A stretch of 64,000 bases of DNA from the human T2T-CHM13v2.0 reference genome, Homo sapiens: NCBI RefSeq assembly GCF_009914755.1, contig NC_060928.1. The stretch is one strand, 5' to 3'. Below, one piece after another: positions 30,751 through 45,292 of the stretch; position 1 is the first letter of the stretch, and each line of letters begins with the position of its first letter. The position numbers and the translations under genes are program-made. The notes under the pieces were generated by a model that saw only the letters and a list, made by a program, of their open reading frames with translations, did no database searches and was not told where the DNA came from.

Positions 30751-31033
30751 TGATCACTGCAATTACTACTGTTATTATGTAAAATTTTCTGTGCTTCTTA
30801 GACATCTACGTTTGGATGTCAGGTAGACTGAAGTTTAGAGGAGACCCTGGGCCTGGTGGTAAGTGTTTGGGAGTTGTCAGTGTACAGGTGTTATGTTAAG
30901 CTGCGGGAGGGCCTGGGTGAGAAGGTTTAAGAGGTGCCCACGTACACGGGACGTTACATATAGCAAATATGGGGTGTGATAGTAATCTAACACCCTTCCA
31001 CAAATATAATTTCCTCAACAAGACTTTTTCCAG

Positions 31034-31553
31034 AAAAAGAAGTCATTATTTGAAAAAGACACATGCACACACATGTTTATAGCAGCACAATTTGCAACTG
31101 CAAAGATATGGAACCAACTTGAGTGTCCATTGACCAACGAGTGGATAAAGAAAACATGGTATATATATACCATGGAATACTACTCAGCCATAAAAATAAA
31201 TGAAACAATGTCTTTTGCAGCAACTTGGATGGAGCTGGAGGCCATTATTCTAAGTGAAGCCATTCAGGAATGGAAAACCAAATAGTGTATGTTCTCACTT
31301 ATGAGTGGGAGCTAAGCTATGAGGATGCAAAGGCATAAGAGTGACATAATGGGCTTTAGGGGCTTGAGGGGTAAGGCTGGGAGGGGAGCGAGGGATAAAA
31401 GACTACTTACTGGGAACAGTGTACACTGCTTGGGTGATAGGTGCTTTCAAAATCTCAGAAATCACCACCAAAGAACTTATCTGTGTAACCAAAACCCACC
31501 TGTACTCCAAAAACTATTGAAATAAATCATTTGCATTGTAAAAAAAAAAAAAA
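31034..31553 (+). mobile_element. 5'-truncated L1PB
   Basis: ORF2 C-terminus (MFIAAQF..IWNQ..CP...WIKKTWYIYTMEYYSAIK), 3'UTR and A-tail; TSD AAGACTTTTTCCAG at 31020-31033 and 31554-31567. Confidence 0.9.
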
Positions 31554-34531
31554 AAGACTTTTTCCAGGGAAAGTAACCTTAACCTCAGAGATTGAAATGC
31601 ATGTCTTTCATGATTTTATTTTGAAAATTAAGAAGATGCAGTTTAATTTTCACAAAACTCTAGCAAATAGGCGTGGCAGAGCATTTTTATCACTCTTTAT
31701 AGTTGGCAAATTAAGATATACTAAGATATAAAAGCAAAGTGATGTGCTCAAGATGTTCGTGTATGTAGCAAATGGCAGAGTTAAGTCTTTGACTGCAGAG
31801 CTTCTGACTAGTTCAGCGCTGTTCCATCTTCTCTTTCCATCCTGCTGTCTGTTCTCTCTTTACTGAGTTCAGTTGCATTGCTTTTGATAAAGGATCAAAA
31901 TGGACATGATCATAGAGAGCTGGTAAGTGTTTTCTCAGATGCTATCCTCTGCCTTCCTTCCCAGCCTGGCTTTCTATGCAAACTTAATAAGCATGTTTCT
32001 TCTGCTGTAATTTAGGATAGTGACTGAAATGTTAAATAATGCAGATGCAAGGCCACTTCTAGCTATTGTTTCTTCAGTCCAAATGGTCATACTTTGGGTG
32101 ATGGGTTGTGTAAAGTAGCTGGTTCTCCATTAAGGAGCTGAATTAAAACCTGAAACATTTCATGTGGGCCACTGCATTGTTGTTAGGGGTTAGCCACAGT
32201 CCATCTGACTGGATAGATGGCGGAAAGTAAGGAATGTTTTATTACAATCCAAGAAAACCCGAAACTACTCATTCTACAAGCTATCACACTAAAAAGCAAG
32301 TCATTAAAAGGCATAATAATTAAAGCAGTGCTGTACACTGACCTTGTCACTTGATTCTCTGAAACACATAAATTGTTTGCAGCATCAGTCAGCTTTTGAT
32401 TTGTAGTGTCTTTGAAAAACAATTTAAATTATGTATTGGAAAGAGGCCAGGAGACCCATCTGCTGGGAGTTTGTCTTTCTAAATTGGGTGCAGTGGGTAG
32501 TGCTGAGGGGAAATGACACACCTCTCTTATGAATATTTTCATGAACCTTCTCAGTCTCTAGAGAATCCACCCATGCACTGTTAAATTGTGTTATTTGTGG
32601 GAACACAATGACAAGGGCCTAAATTGGAAAGCAATACAGATTTAGCAAGAAAATGTTTTCCATTAAAGGGGGACCTGCTAATTTCCTGTGTCTAATGTAA
32701 AGAGTGAGAGGGATTGAATCAACTACAGCATCAAATGCTAACCCAAAAGGCCTACTTTCTTTTGTTACTAAATTAACATACTACCTGGTATTCCATTTAG
32801 ATAATCACACATCAAAAAACAGAATTGTAAGATTTCTGTGAAGAGAGGGAAAATGAAGTAAAAGGAAGGAAGAGATAATATAGTTGAACTTGGACCAGAG
32901 CTGCTGCTTCCTCCATCTTCCCACTGGAAATCAACAATAGCAGTAGCATTCAGAATTTATTAAGTGCTTTCTATGCATCAGGAAGTGCAAATGGATTATC
33001 TCCTTTATCCTCAGGAAAATTTCATTATTTCACTTTGTAGGAAAAGGCAATGAAGTTTAGAAAGATTAACAAATTGGTCTAAATTTCCCTAGCTAGTTTT
33101 CTGTAGAGAACTTGCATTCTTCATAGAAATGTCTTCTCTGTTTTTTTTCCTCTCCTCATTTAGCTCCTATTTTTGTCCTGGTAAAAGTATAGAAAAAGAA
33201 AAAAAAAAAAAGTGAACACAGGCGTGGCCTATGCCTGCTTGAAAGTAGGAAAGAAGGATTATCGAAAGGGGAGAAAATGACATAGAAAGGAATTTTTCAG
33301 GTTATCTAAATTGACGCTTTCATTTTCAAATGGGTTAACTCTAGTTTCAAGATAACAAAGTAAAACATTTGCTAAAAAATAAATCTGTATTAGAACTGTT
33401 ACCCACTCTCAGCCCAGTCCCTTTCATATATCACGTTGCTTTTCATCCAGTCCGGGAAATGCCCGTTTTTCCCTTTTGAGAAAAATCTATGTCGGCACTT
33501 ACCTGTCTGAGGTTATCTTTTGGTAAAGGAATATACTGCTTAGGAACTTCCATTTAGCTACCGGTAAACTATGAGTGTATTCTGTTGATGTTTCTGTTCA
33601 CTTAGCAGGAATCATAATTTTCCTAAGTTCATGATGATTATTATTTCAACAATTTTATTTATTTTTTGCTAGAATGAATTTGAAGATGCCAAATGTTCCT
33701 TCAAATAAAAAAAATCTCTTCAGTACTTTCAGATTATCAAGTATGGTTGAGGTATATATGAAGGTTACTTGAAAGGAAAAAAAATATTGGATCCTAAAAA
33801 ACATTTTGGAAAATATTATACACAACTTTAAATAATTTTTCACTGTTTGATGTATTCAGTATTACACAAAAATGGGTTTAATTAAACTGAAGGAAATAAA
33901 TCAAAAGGAGAGGGCTGGCTGACGGTTTTATCCAATGTGACCTAGGAATTGAAAGCAGATACCATCAACCACTCTAATTTTTATTTCTTCTATAAATAAG
34001 ATGCAGCAGGACTGGAAGCAAGTAATCTCCTTCTTGCAGTCCTCCATTCCTTTCTTTTTTTGCCCAAATGCTTCCCTTTAATTTTGACAGTAATCAGGTA
34101 ACAGATCTCTGAGGCAGTTCCTCTGTATTATGATGATCAGATATATCATTTAAAATATCAGATTATTAGATTAGAGCTCCAGTTCATTCCTTTTAAGGGA
34201 ATTTTTTAAAAGTGATAGATGGGTACCATCTATGGGTACGTTTGGATATGATCAATCTGTGTCTGGTTTTAGTTTATGTTTAATTTGTTCTTACTCAGAA
34301 AGCCTCAGTTGCCTAAGTAGTGGCTCCTATCTTATATTTAATTGGTATTTTTTTCAATTTGAAAATTGAATATGCTCACACATGCTCTGACATTTTTTTT
34401 CATTTTATGTCGTTTTTTTCCCTGCAATCCACAAATTCTCTATGTCTTCCTTTTGTAAGCATGCTGGTGTGAAACAGCTTCAGTGACAAAGCAGCTTAGG
34501 AATTAAAAGAGTTTATCATACATAGCCCTAG

Positions 34532-34844
<313 letters not shown>

Positions 34845-35899
34845 TGGTTGTGGAATTTTTAGCTAACTACTTCTCTGAGAGGCACATTCCTCATCTGCAA
34901 TATGGGAATAATTGTAGGGCTGTTTCATTCAGTAGTGTATGAGAACTGCTTAATTAATTTTAAAATGAAATGTAAACTGATAGTAGAAATGTAAGGTGAT
35001 ATTCATGCTGTATTTGCTTTTTTTTTTTTTCCTAAAGACATCCATTCCAAACCAGAGAGGTTTGCACTTTTTTTTCCCCTTTAAGAGAGCTCCCAAAACA
35101 TTACGCTTAGTGCTGACTACTTCTTTGTGACCCTGCTCTACTTTGAATCTACCTTTACAATTAAGTCTGCCCTTAGAATCTTTACCCACAATGCAGAGAT
35201 GTATTTAAGTACATGTTTATATCCTCCTTGGACTCATTTCCTTGAAAGCAGGTAGAAAGGGTGACCTCACTTATCTTTGCATCCCTAGCATCTAGCGCTG
35301 GGGTTTGTCAGTTGTAAGTTCTTGTAAGTCCCTGTTGAACCAGATTTAATTCAGAAGACTAGAAAGCAGGAATTCTTTGTTCCACTCTTTCATTTGGTTC
35401 TCTTTTCTTAAATGAAGCGGGGTTTGCCTTTCTAAAAGAATGGTTTATACTGGGCCACATGTTTACTGATTTTTATGAAAAGAGAAAGTAGTAGGAATTA
35501 AATTGTATTCATGTAACTTTCTTTTATCTTTACTGTAATCTTAAAAAAACAACGAGTTGATGATGTCAAATTGCTTGGCTGTTTTCTGTGTGGAAAAAAT
35601 TACTTTTCAGTTATTTATTATGAATTACCTTTCTTCTTTAAATAATATTGTTGAAATTAACAATAGCAGGGTACATTTTTATTCCAACAGGGTACAACTA
35701 ATTAGAAAGTACTTTGGGAAATTCAATTTTAAGAAATGTTTTATATTAATTTTAAGATATAAAGAAAATTGAAACGTGAATTTGAATTGAGTGTAATGTC
35801 TTTCATGAATTTCTTTTAAGTGTGATTATTATTTCTAATATCCACCTTTACTCAATTCTCCTTTAAACATTTAATAACCATGAATAAATAAATTAAAAA

Positions 35900-36248
35900 A
35901 AATTTTATTTATTTTTATTTTATTTTTTTTTTTTACTTTAAGTTCTGGGATACATGTGCTGAACATGCAGGTTTGTTACATAGGTATACACGTCCATGGT
36001 GGTTTGCTGCACCTATCAACCCATCATCTAGGTTTTAAGCCCCACATGCATTAGGTATTTTTCCTAATGCTTTCCCTTCCCTTTCCCTCCATCCACCTAC
36101 AGACCCCGGTATGTGATGTTCCCCTCTCTGTGTCCATGTGTTCTCATTGTTCAACTCCCACTTATGAGTGAGAATATGCAGTGTTTGGTTTTCTGTTCCT
36201 ATGTTAGTTTGCTGAGGATGATGGTTTCCAGCTTCATCCATGTCCCTG
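35900..36248 (-). mobile_element. L1PA (L1PA8-like) 3' end
   Basis: TTTACTTTAAGTTCTGGGATACATGTGC...CAGCTTCATCCATGTCCCTG. Confidence 0.88.
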
Positions 36249-36303
36249 GAATGAATGAATTTTTAAATAAGATTCAGGCAAAAAATAATTATTAGTCTTT
36301 TTA

Positions 36304-36648
<345 letters not shown>

Positions 36649-36679
36649 CTAGGAATTCTCAATATAATTTTGTTCCACT

Positions 36680-37100
36680 TTTTTGTATCATAGTAAGATA
36701 TACTTAAAATAAAACTTCCTATAAGTGTACAGTGGATTAAGTATATTCACATTGCTGTGCAACCATCACAATCTAGAATTCTTTCATTTTCCCAAACTGA
36801 AACTCTGTACACATTAAATAGTAAGGCCCAGTTTCCCGCTTTTCTTAGTCCCTGGAAACCACCATTCTCCTTTCCAACTCTCTGAATTAGGTTATTCTAG
36901 GTACATCAGGTAAGCAGAATCATAGTATTTGTCCTTTTGTGCCTGCCTTATTTCACTTAGTGTTATGTCTTCAAGGTTTATCGACCTTGTGGCATGTATC
37001 TGAATATCCTTCCTTTTTAAGGCTGAATAATATTCCACTGAATCTCTATGCCACATTTATCCATTTACCTCTCAGTGGGCATTTGGGTTGTTTCCATACT
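36680..37100 (-). mobile_element. L1MB 3'UTR fragment
   Basis: TTCACATTGCTGTGCAACCATCAC...CCCAAACTGAAACTCTGTAC...AAGGCTGAATAATATTCCA. Confidence 0.75.
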
Positions 37101-37364
37101 GTTAAAGAATTTCCCAGTGACTTAATGCTTCTAAGCCTATAATTTTACCAATTTGAAAATGCCTCAGCAATGATGAATTTGGCATAGTCATTTGACCTTT
37201 TTACTCTAAAGAGACCACAGAATGTGCTCAGGGTGCTGTTACTGGAGCCAACTGTGTAGGCTCATATCTTGACTCTGTAGATCACTAACATGTGAGCTTG
37301 AGTAGATTATTTCTCTGGGACCAGGTGTTCATATTTTGCAATAGAAATAATAATAGCATAACAA

Positions 37365-38869
37365 TGTCACAGGATCCTTTGGGTGTTGCTTTTCCAGCCG
37401 GAAACCTCTGTGGTCATCAGCACCTTTGCCTGAGTTTTGCTCAGGCCTGCTGGGCTCGTTCTGCCCACTTGGCCCAGCAGGCTGTGCTTGGCTCGTGCTA
37501 CCAGCCCAGATCCCATATCTGCCAAGGGCGAGCCAGGTGCAGAGTGGCGAGGGGTGTGTGAGTGAGTGTGGGGTCCGACCACTGCGCAGTCAGGTGTGCC
37601 GGCTGCAGCAAGGCAGGCAGCTCCAAATGCTGGTACAGGTGCCAGCTCCATGCGAGGCTGTGGCTGGATCAGGTGTACCGCAAGCAGCTTCCAAGGTGGG
37701 TACCTGGGAACACGGTGGTGCCTGGAAGCTTGGAGATGCCAGGGACTGCGGAGCCCCAAAGATGGTGTCACAGCCCTCGCTCGGAGAGCCCCTAGGTCTG
37801 GGCTCCCCAAAGGGCTGCAGCTCTTTTCTCCTCATCACCTGCCACCTGGTGAGCAGGGGGCAAGTTTCAGCCCTGTTTGTCTTACAGTTCTTTCAGGCTT
37901 GCCAAATGGCAGGTCCCAAATTCTTGGTGGGTTCCAAATTCTTGTCCCATGCCTAGGAAGAATGAGGTATGTGGACAACTGGAGGGTGAAGAAGGCAGAG
38001 AGGAGCTTCACTGAGCGACAGAACAGTTATCAGGAGACCTGAAATGGGTAGCCATTTTCTGCAGGCAGATTGTCCTGACAAGTTTAGGACATCCGAAGTG
38101 GGTAGCTCCTTCTTGCAGCTGATAGTCCTGACATCTGTGTGAGTCTGGCTGGGTCCGGTGGTTTTTACGGACTCAGGAGGGAGGAAGTGCATGTTGATTG
38201 GTCCATGGGGGGCCATGGGCGGGCTCGGAAAAAGCATGATAAGTTCTCACTTTCCGAGGCAGATTCTGTCTGGAACTGGTAGCCTGGCCCCAGGCTTCAG
38301 CCCCTCCCTGGCTTGAAGGTGAGATTTCTCCGGAAACCCGCCCCTTTCCGCCCAGTAACCAGTCTCCCTCCTGACATCAACATGTAGTCCACGCGCCCAG
38401 GCTGTTTGTGCTGAGGGTTACCTTTAGGCCCAGGCAGAGCTGCCCTCAGCCACTCCCCTGGCCCCTCTTCCACACTCGTCAGTGCCCAAAGTCCAAAGGG
38501 GGCTGAGGCAGCAGGGGGCTGGCATGTCATTCCTGCCCCCAGCACGTGCACACCCTGCTGTGCTGCGACAGCACCTGGGCTCGGCCTCAACTTTGCTCCA
38601 CACCGGAGGGGGCGCCGAGAGTGGGGATAGGCCAGGGAGTGGGAACAGGCACTTCTGAGCCTGCAGGTGGAGGGGCTTACCTGGGTTTGGAGCTGTGGCT
38701 GTGTGGCTGCAGCCTGACCGAGAGCGTGGGCTCCTGATGCAAACTCGGTGGGGTTGGGGCTCCCCCTGTTCTGGGCTCCCTCTGGCCCCATGGAGTGTGC
38801 AATCCCGGCCGCACCGCTGCAGCCAGCTTTTTCACAGCGGCCACTCTGGATGGGCTGTCTCTGCCATCA
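37365..38869 (-). mobile_element. MER52 (ERV1) solo LTR
   Basis: TG...CA termini (minus strand begins TGATGGCAGAGACAGCCC and ends GGATCCTGTGACA), 4-bp TSD ACAA at 37361-37364 and 38870-38873, GC-rich, ~1.5 kb, inserted in a MIR. Confidence 0.88.
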
Positions 38870-39199
38870 ACAATAGATTGCTGTGAATGGCAAATGAAGA
38901 AGGACATTTAGTTCTGCTTGTGAAAAAAGTATCGCAAATGAGAACCCTTCTTAACTATGTCCTTTAATTCATTTAAACATATATGGACTGAATGCTGTAA
39001 TCAAAATATTGTTTAAGTGCTCTAGCAAATGCTAACAGGGCTGTAGTCTTTTTCTTTGAGGTGCTCAGGGCAGAATATATTTCTGTTACTACAGCTGACT
39101 ATAAAGTACAATTTTTAAATTGTGAAATTTTTAATTGAGAGAGATCATTTCAGAATATAGGAAATTGGGAAAGATTTCAGTCATAATGGTAATGTTCAT

Positions 39200-40160
39200 G
39201 TGTCAGAAGCAAGCGTGTGTTTCATTTAATTCTTGTGAAAAATATGTGTAGCAAATTGGAAGCTTATGATTGGCTGCTTAATAACACATGAGGGCAGTAA
39301 GTATCAGAGAGGTTGCCCAAGAACTTACAGCTGATAAGAGGCAGAGTTGAGTTATAAACGAAGATCTGCGTGATTACAAGGCTTGTATACACTTGTGTTC
39401 ACCATTTCACTACATCGTGCCTCAGGCTGAAAGTGTAACTATTTGAGATGGATCTGGAAGGAGTTGTAAGGAAGAGTGTGGAGGAAGAACATTTCAGATA
39501 ACAGTGGCAGAGATGTGCTCAAGTGAAGTGCATGCTCAAGGCTCCACTGGCATATGATTAAGGGAAGGATGAGTTGGACAAGTAATTTGGGTATGAAATT
39601 GCGGAGTAGAAATCCTAGGCAGAATGCCAGTTGGTGTTTGAATTGGTAGGCAATGGCAAGATATCAGAGATTTATGTACAGAAATGTCACAGTTGCCTTC
39701 ATGAAAACTAACCAGTGGAAATACAGGCGATGAAGAGGAGGAGGAGAGAAGCGGATTGAGAACAGTTAGGAGGCTGTTTGAAGAGTTTTATGGGAGAAGG
39801 TCTGGATTAGGGTGATAACCTGGAATGAAAGCGACCTTGCAGAGGTGGAACCATGGGATTTAGTAACTTCATGGATGAGAAATAAAGGAAAGAATGACAG
39901 ACTAAAGTTTCAGGTTGAGAGGACGAGTAGGGTGATGGTTCTTTTAACAGGTGTAATAAAATCAGAAGGAGAAACTGGCTTGACAAGAATGTAGTGAATT
40001 CTGTTCTGGTAGTGGAGTATTGCAGTTAGTCCTTTTGCTGATATACCTAAGGAAGAAGCATAGGAAAATACCAACTTTAGTGGAAAAGTAAAAAGATGCT
40101 GCAATATTTGAAGGTCTAAAGAAAGGAAGTTTGGGCTGGAGATAGGAATTTGGAATTGTG
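39200..40160 (-). mobile_element. MIR followed by L2 remnants
   Basis: CAGAGAGGTTGCCCAAGAACTTACAGCT (MIR) and a GA-rich L2 body ending TTTGGGCTGGAGATAGGAATTTGG. Confidence 0.55.
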
Positions 40161-41746
40161 AAGTAATGCCTCTTTCTTTAAAACAAATCCCCAAATTCCA
40201 AGATTGTGTGGGGGCCAGATTTTGTGACCCTAATGATATTAATTCAACAATCATAAGATACAACTTCCTGGGTGTGGGGGTATGAAGGGGTTTCTGTCCC
40301 TTTCAACAGTAGTCCCTATCAACATGATGTTTATAGAAGCAGTGAAACTTTGATTTTGACACAGAGAACAGCAGTGACCCTTCCCTTAATTCTTTCTAGT
40401 TAAACTGAGACAAGGTTTAAATGTTTAAAAAAAGCTTCAGCAAACTCAGCATTTCTCAGTGTGTTCTGCGAAAAATAGATTTTTGGCCTGTGAATTAAAA
40501 AAGAGTTTGGAAATGCTGGAGTTAAAAGAAGAAAAATTTTTTTTTAATTATGAAAATCTTATTTTATTTTACTTTATTTTTAAAATAAACCATTTTAGAA
40601 AAATGGCTCTAGTTAGAGGTGAATAATCTCCAGAATTAAATTTTGAGACATGCCTATCATCTTTGACAAATGCTGAAAAGTCAGATTATTCTGTAGAATT
40701 ATCAATACAAAGTAATCAAAAAGGCGGAGTAATGTAATCTGTATGAAGAATATGAATTTAGCCAATTCTGAACATCCACTCGGTAGCATAAGCAGATAAT
40801 TGTTCTCAACAAATGAAACTTTCTAATTTTAAAAACACATAGTTATTGCTGTGTTCTTGAAAAATAGAATTGAGTTGATACAAGAAATTTAAAAAAATTA
40901 TTGAAGTTATTTGGTAAAATATCTTAAGCTAAGGGGGAACTTATAGTGCCTATGTCCTAGAAGAAAAGTTGAAGAGAGCTAACAAGAGATTAGAAGATTC
41001 AGAGAGGATGGAGGGCACTGCGGGTGTGATCTGTGACTCTCATGTGACCAATCAATCCCTGTTGGAAGCTGGGCCCTGTAGATAGGGAAAAATGACATAA
41101 AAACTAGTCAAAGTCAAAATTATACTACTAAGAACATACTGTTTACACCTTTCAGTTAAGCGATTCTAAAAAAATCCCATAATTTAGTATACATTTTGTG
41201 GCTCCTCCTGGTGGTTCAAGAAAAAAAGAGAGATGAAAAAGCTGTTTTGCAATCTGTGCAGTAGAATTCATTCTTTCAACCCTTGTTGTTGGTTACAGAA
41301 CTGTTTTATACTCTGTTTGAAGAATGCAACAATATACACCATGGCAACCAGTGCATCTGATGCATACCGCATTTTAGCCACCCAACAAGACTAATAATAT
41401 AATAGTAACTATTTTTTATTTCTCTCATTAACTCTTAGCAGTATTTTTAGCCATCTTTAAAGCCAAAATTCTCTTTTATTATCCTGAAGAAAAACGGTCA
41501 TGCTGAATTTTAAAATAACATGAATTTCTGAATATAATGGGTAAATTTCTTCACATTGTTAACGTATTTCATTGCCTTCAGCATATTAGATTCTTTCTTA
41601 TTTTCTAATTCATATGTATGTTATAAAATAATTATTTAGGTAGTGACAAAAATAACTATGCTCCATTAGCATTTGGGTTCATTAAATCTCTGTTTATCTG
41701 AAGTGTATAGACTTCTAACATTATTGGGTTAAAAAAAAAAAAAAGA

Positions 41747-42040
<294 letters not shown>

Positions 42041-42592
42041 GTGCTAGACAAAAAGAATTGAACTCCTTTTATAAGATTTATCTCTTCCTGTTTTCTTTTC
42101 TCTTTCTCCATATCTTGATGAATAAAATAGAAGGTAGGGTGAGATGGAGCTGAGTTTTAGGAGAGCGGACAGCTGTCTTTCCCTTTTCCTTCTCTTCATT
42201 GCACTTACATGATTTGGTAGAAACTTCAGGAATTTTAGATACTTTGGGGTCATTATTCAGCAACTCAATATTTTACTGTTAGATGTATGAATTTAATGAA
42301 GACAAAGTCTGATTAACAGAATTTATCTGTATTTTCATCATTCTTGACGAAATAATAATGATAATTTGACATCCCACTGCCTAAAAACAACTTAAAAAGT
42401 TCTAGACAAACTTTTGCCTGGGAGAGGCTCAGCCAGTGTGGAATCATAACCAAAAGTTTTGTACACTATGTTCATACTGTGCTTAGAATTATAAAAATCT
42501 ATTTATTTAATACTTATATCAACTGTATAAAATGGAAATTAGTATCTTGGTTTTTCTTATTGTATGGGGAGAGGATCAGGAGGTTTGGTCAG

Positions 42593-42943
42593 CGTATTGG
42601 TCCGTTTTCACGCTGCTGATAAAGACATACCTGAGACTGGGCAATTTACAAAAGAAAGGTTTAATGGATTTACAGTTCCACATGGCTGAGGAAGCCTCAC
42701 AATCACGGAAGAAGGCAAGGAGGAGCAAGTCATGTCTTACATGGATGGGAACAGGCAAAGAGAGAGAGCTTGTGCAGGAAAACTTCCTGTTGTAATAACC
42801 ATCAGATCTCATGAGACTTACTATCACAAGAATAGCATGGGAAAGACCTGCCCCCATGATTCAATTACCTCCCACCAAGTCCCTCCCATAACACGTGGGA
42901 ATCCAAGATGAGATTTGGGTGGGGACACAGCCAAATCATATCA
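42593..42943 (-). mobile_element. THE1B-like MaLR solo LTR
   Basis: GTTTTCACGCTGCTGATAAAGACATACCTGAGACTGGG...GACACAGCCAAATCATATCA; 5-bp TSD GTCAG at 42588-42592 and 42944-42948. Confidence 0.92.
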
Positions 42944-44162
42944 GTCAGTATATAAGAAGCGGGGTAGAGATCTGAGCCATAATTCAAAGGCCAGGTCTTT
43001 TTTACTATGGCTCTGGCTTCCTGTGTAAAGAATAAAGAGGAATGGATGTGTAGAGCCACAGAAATTTACCCAATCATGAGAGGTTATTGACTATTTTCCA
43101 AAATGCTTTGCTGTTAAAGTTCATTCTCATGGTCAGAAGTGAGCTCATGCATTCAAACCTGGGAAAACATTTAGATCATCTTTGGACTGAGGCTGCTCAA
43201 TTACATTACCAGTGTGTGTTGGGGTCAAATGTAGTACATGATAAACTGAGCTCAGTGGACTAACTCCTTCTGTATGGCTTGAGTTCCCCTCCACCTGGTT
43301 CAACATTTTGTTATAAAAAAGTTACAATATGCAGAAAAGTTGAAATAATTGTATAGTGAATATTTATAAGTCCGTCATCTAGGTTTTACAATTAAACTCT
43401 TATGTAGCTTACTTTAAAAATAATGGTGATGTCATTCAAAACTGGACTGTCCACCTGTATCTGCTGCTATGAAGACAGACATATCTGTATTTCTAACCTG
43501 TCTACTAAATTATCTAAGGGCTTCCCTCAAAATATCCACTTTTAAAATACTATTCTATACCTAACCTAAACCACTCCAACTGAGATATAGTTCCAGTTGA
43601 GTGTGTCAGCAAACTTGTCGTGTTTGTTTTTCACAGGTAAAAGATTTGCATTACAATTAAGTTACCACACAACACCCACCTACACCAACACATTACAAAT
43701 GCTAACTGTGAGTCTATTTGCTTCCCCACTTCGCTCATTTCTTCTAAGGGTGAAAAATAGGCAATGAGAGCAGAAAGCCTTCTAGGGAAGTCTCTCTCAT
43801 AGTAGTGTGTTTCCCTTCTGCATCTCTTTTGTGGGTTTTAACAGAAAGAGGCTGCTTCTTAAAGTTTGTATTGAGCACAATCCTGCTCCATATTTGTCAA
43901 GTGGTTCTCATCTGAAGATTTATGAGGGCATTAGTTATACCATAGGGACCTGGTTGGTTTCAGTGTTAGTTCTTTGAAGCTACTAGCTTCAGAGGACAAT
44001 GTCCATATTTTAATTTAGTAATATGAAAGTCTGCCTTTAGTCTCCTTATTCAAGTTTTTGGGTAGACTTTCTGATTATGCTCCATGGTTCTCCCCTGGAG
44101 GGCAGGATGTGGGACTGAAGATTCAGGGACAGTAGGCATTGATTAAAAATATATACTGTGGC

Positions 44163-44450
44163 AATGGACTTTGGGGACTTGGAGGAAAGGGTGAGATGGG
44201 GGTGAGGGATAAAAGACTACACATTGGGTGCAGTGTACACTGCTCAGGTGATGGGTGCACCAAAATCTCAGAAATCACCACTAAAGAAATTATTCATGTA
44301 ACCAAACACCACTTGTTCCCCCAAAATCTATGGAAATAAAAAATAAAATTATATATAAATATAAAATATATAAAATTATATATAAATATAAAATATATAA
44401 AATTATATATAAAATTATGATCCATATATATATATATAATCCAATATATA
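44163..44450 (+). mobile_element. L1PB 3' end with tail expanded into an AT-rich tandem repeat
   Basis: GGGATAAAAGACTACACATTGGGTGCAGTGTACACTGC followed by (AAAATTATATATAAATATAAAATATAT)n-like units. Confidence 0.85.
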
Positions 44451-45292
44451 GTATGTCTGGTTAGTACACTGTGGTCTGGTTCATAGAATCAGAGAATTCA
44501 AAATCCAGGTAAGTTCAGTTTAACTCTCTAGTTTTTTTTTGATAATTGAGCTGTGTGATAAATTATAGCTTCTATATATGAACAGCCAAATTTTTTTCTA
44601 GTTGAGTATGTCATTTCTGTACATATAAGTGCTTTTTAACATTAAAGACATATTAGAAAGTTCATCTATAAAACTATGAACATAGAATTTGAGGTGTTTA
44701 CAATGCTAGATTTATATGAAGCCATGTGTTTTGGTAACCCACATGTGCATAAAACTGGCAAATTGTAAAAGCCCCAGAGGGTAGCCAGCAGAGGGTTTTT
44801 GTTTGTTTGTTTGTTTGTTTTTTGTTTTAACATTACTCCAGTTAGGGAACTGTTGATCATGGGAGAAGGAGGATAGGCACAGAAGAAATGGCTTTTGACT
44901 CAGGGGAAGAATCTTCCTGGTAACACTCAGTTTGGAAAGTCTTCAGCACATCTAAGATGCCTTTTACACTGTATAACTACAACAGATATCTTTGAAGGAG
45001 ACATTTTTATAGAAGGCAGTAGCAGAGTGTTTACTTCATAGGAGTTTCACTACTATGCATTTCCAGTATTTTAGATTTGTAAAATATCAAATGGGGAAAA
45101 ATTGCTAGAGAAATAGCATAATAGGTAATGGAGTAGGGGTAGCAGTTTAGAGTGAACCTTGAGCGCTTGCAGATGGCAACACTGTGCGATGTTCCACCTT
45201 CTATGTTCACATTTCACTTAACTTTGACACCTTAGATAGACACTGACACACATGGCATATATCCAATTCCATTTTTTACATATCAGCTACTT

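Noticed and set aside
34215-34239. Small palindrome and duplication ATAGATGG-GTA-CCATCTAT
   Set aside because: 8-bp arms are too short to distinguish from chance.
37292-38907. Multiple overlapping ORFs of up to 176 aa
   Set aside because: They lie within the GC-rich MER52 LTR, occur on both strands and show no recognisable domain.
41338-41350. RFX half-site CCATGGCAAC
   Set aside because: Only one half matches and there is no supporting promoter context.
43620-43642. TTTTTCACAG|GTAAAA, a possible recursive splice site
   Set aside because: The regenerated donor is weak (GTAAAA rather than GTAAGT) and such motifs occur by chance in T-rich DNA.
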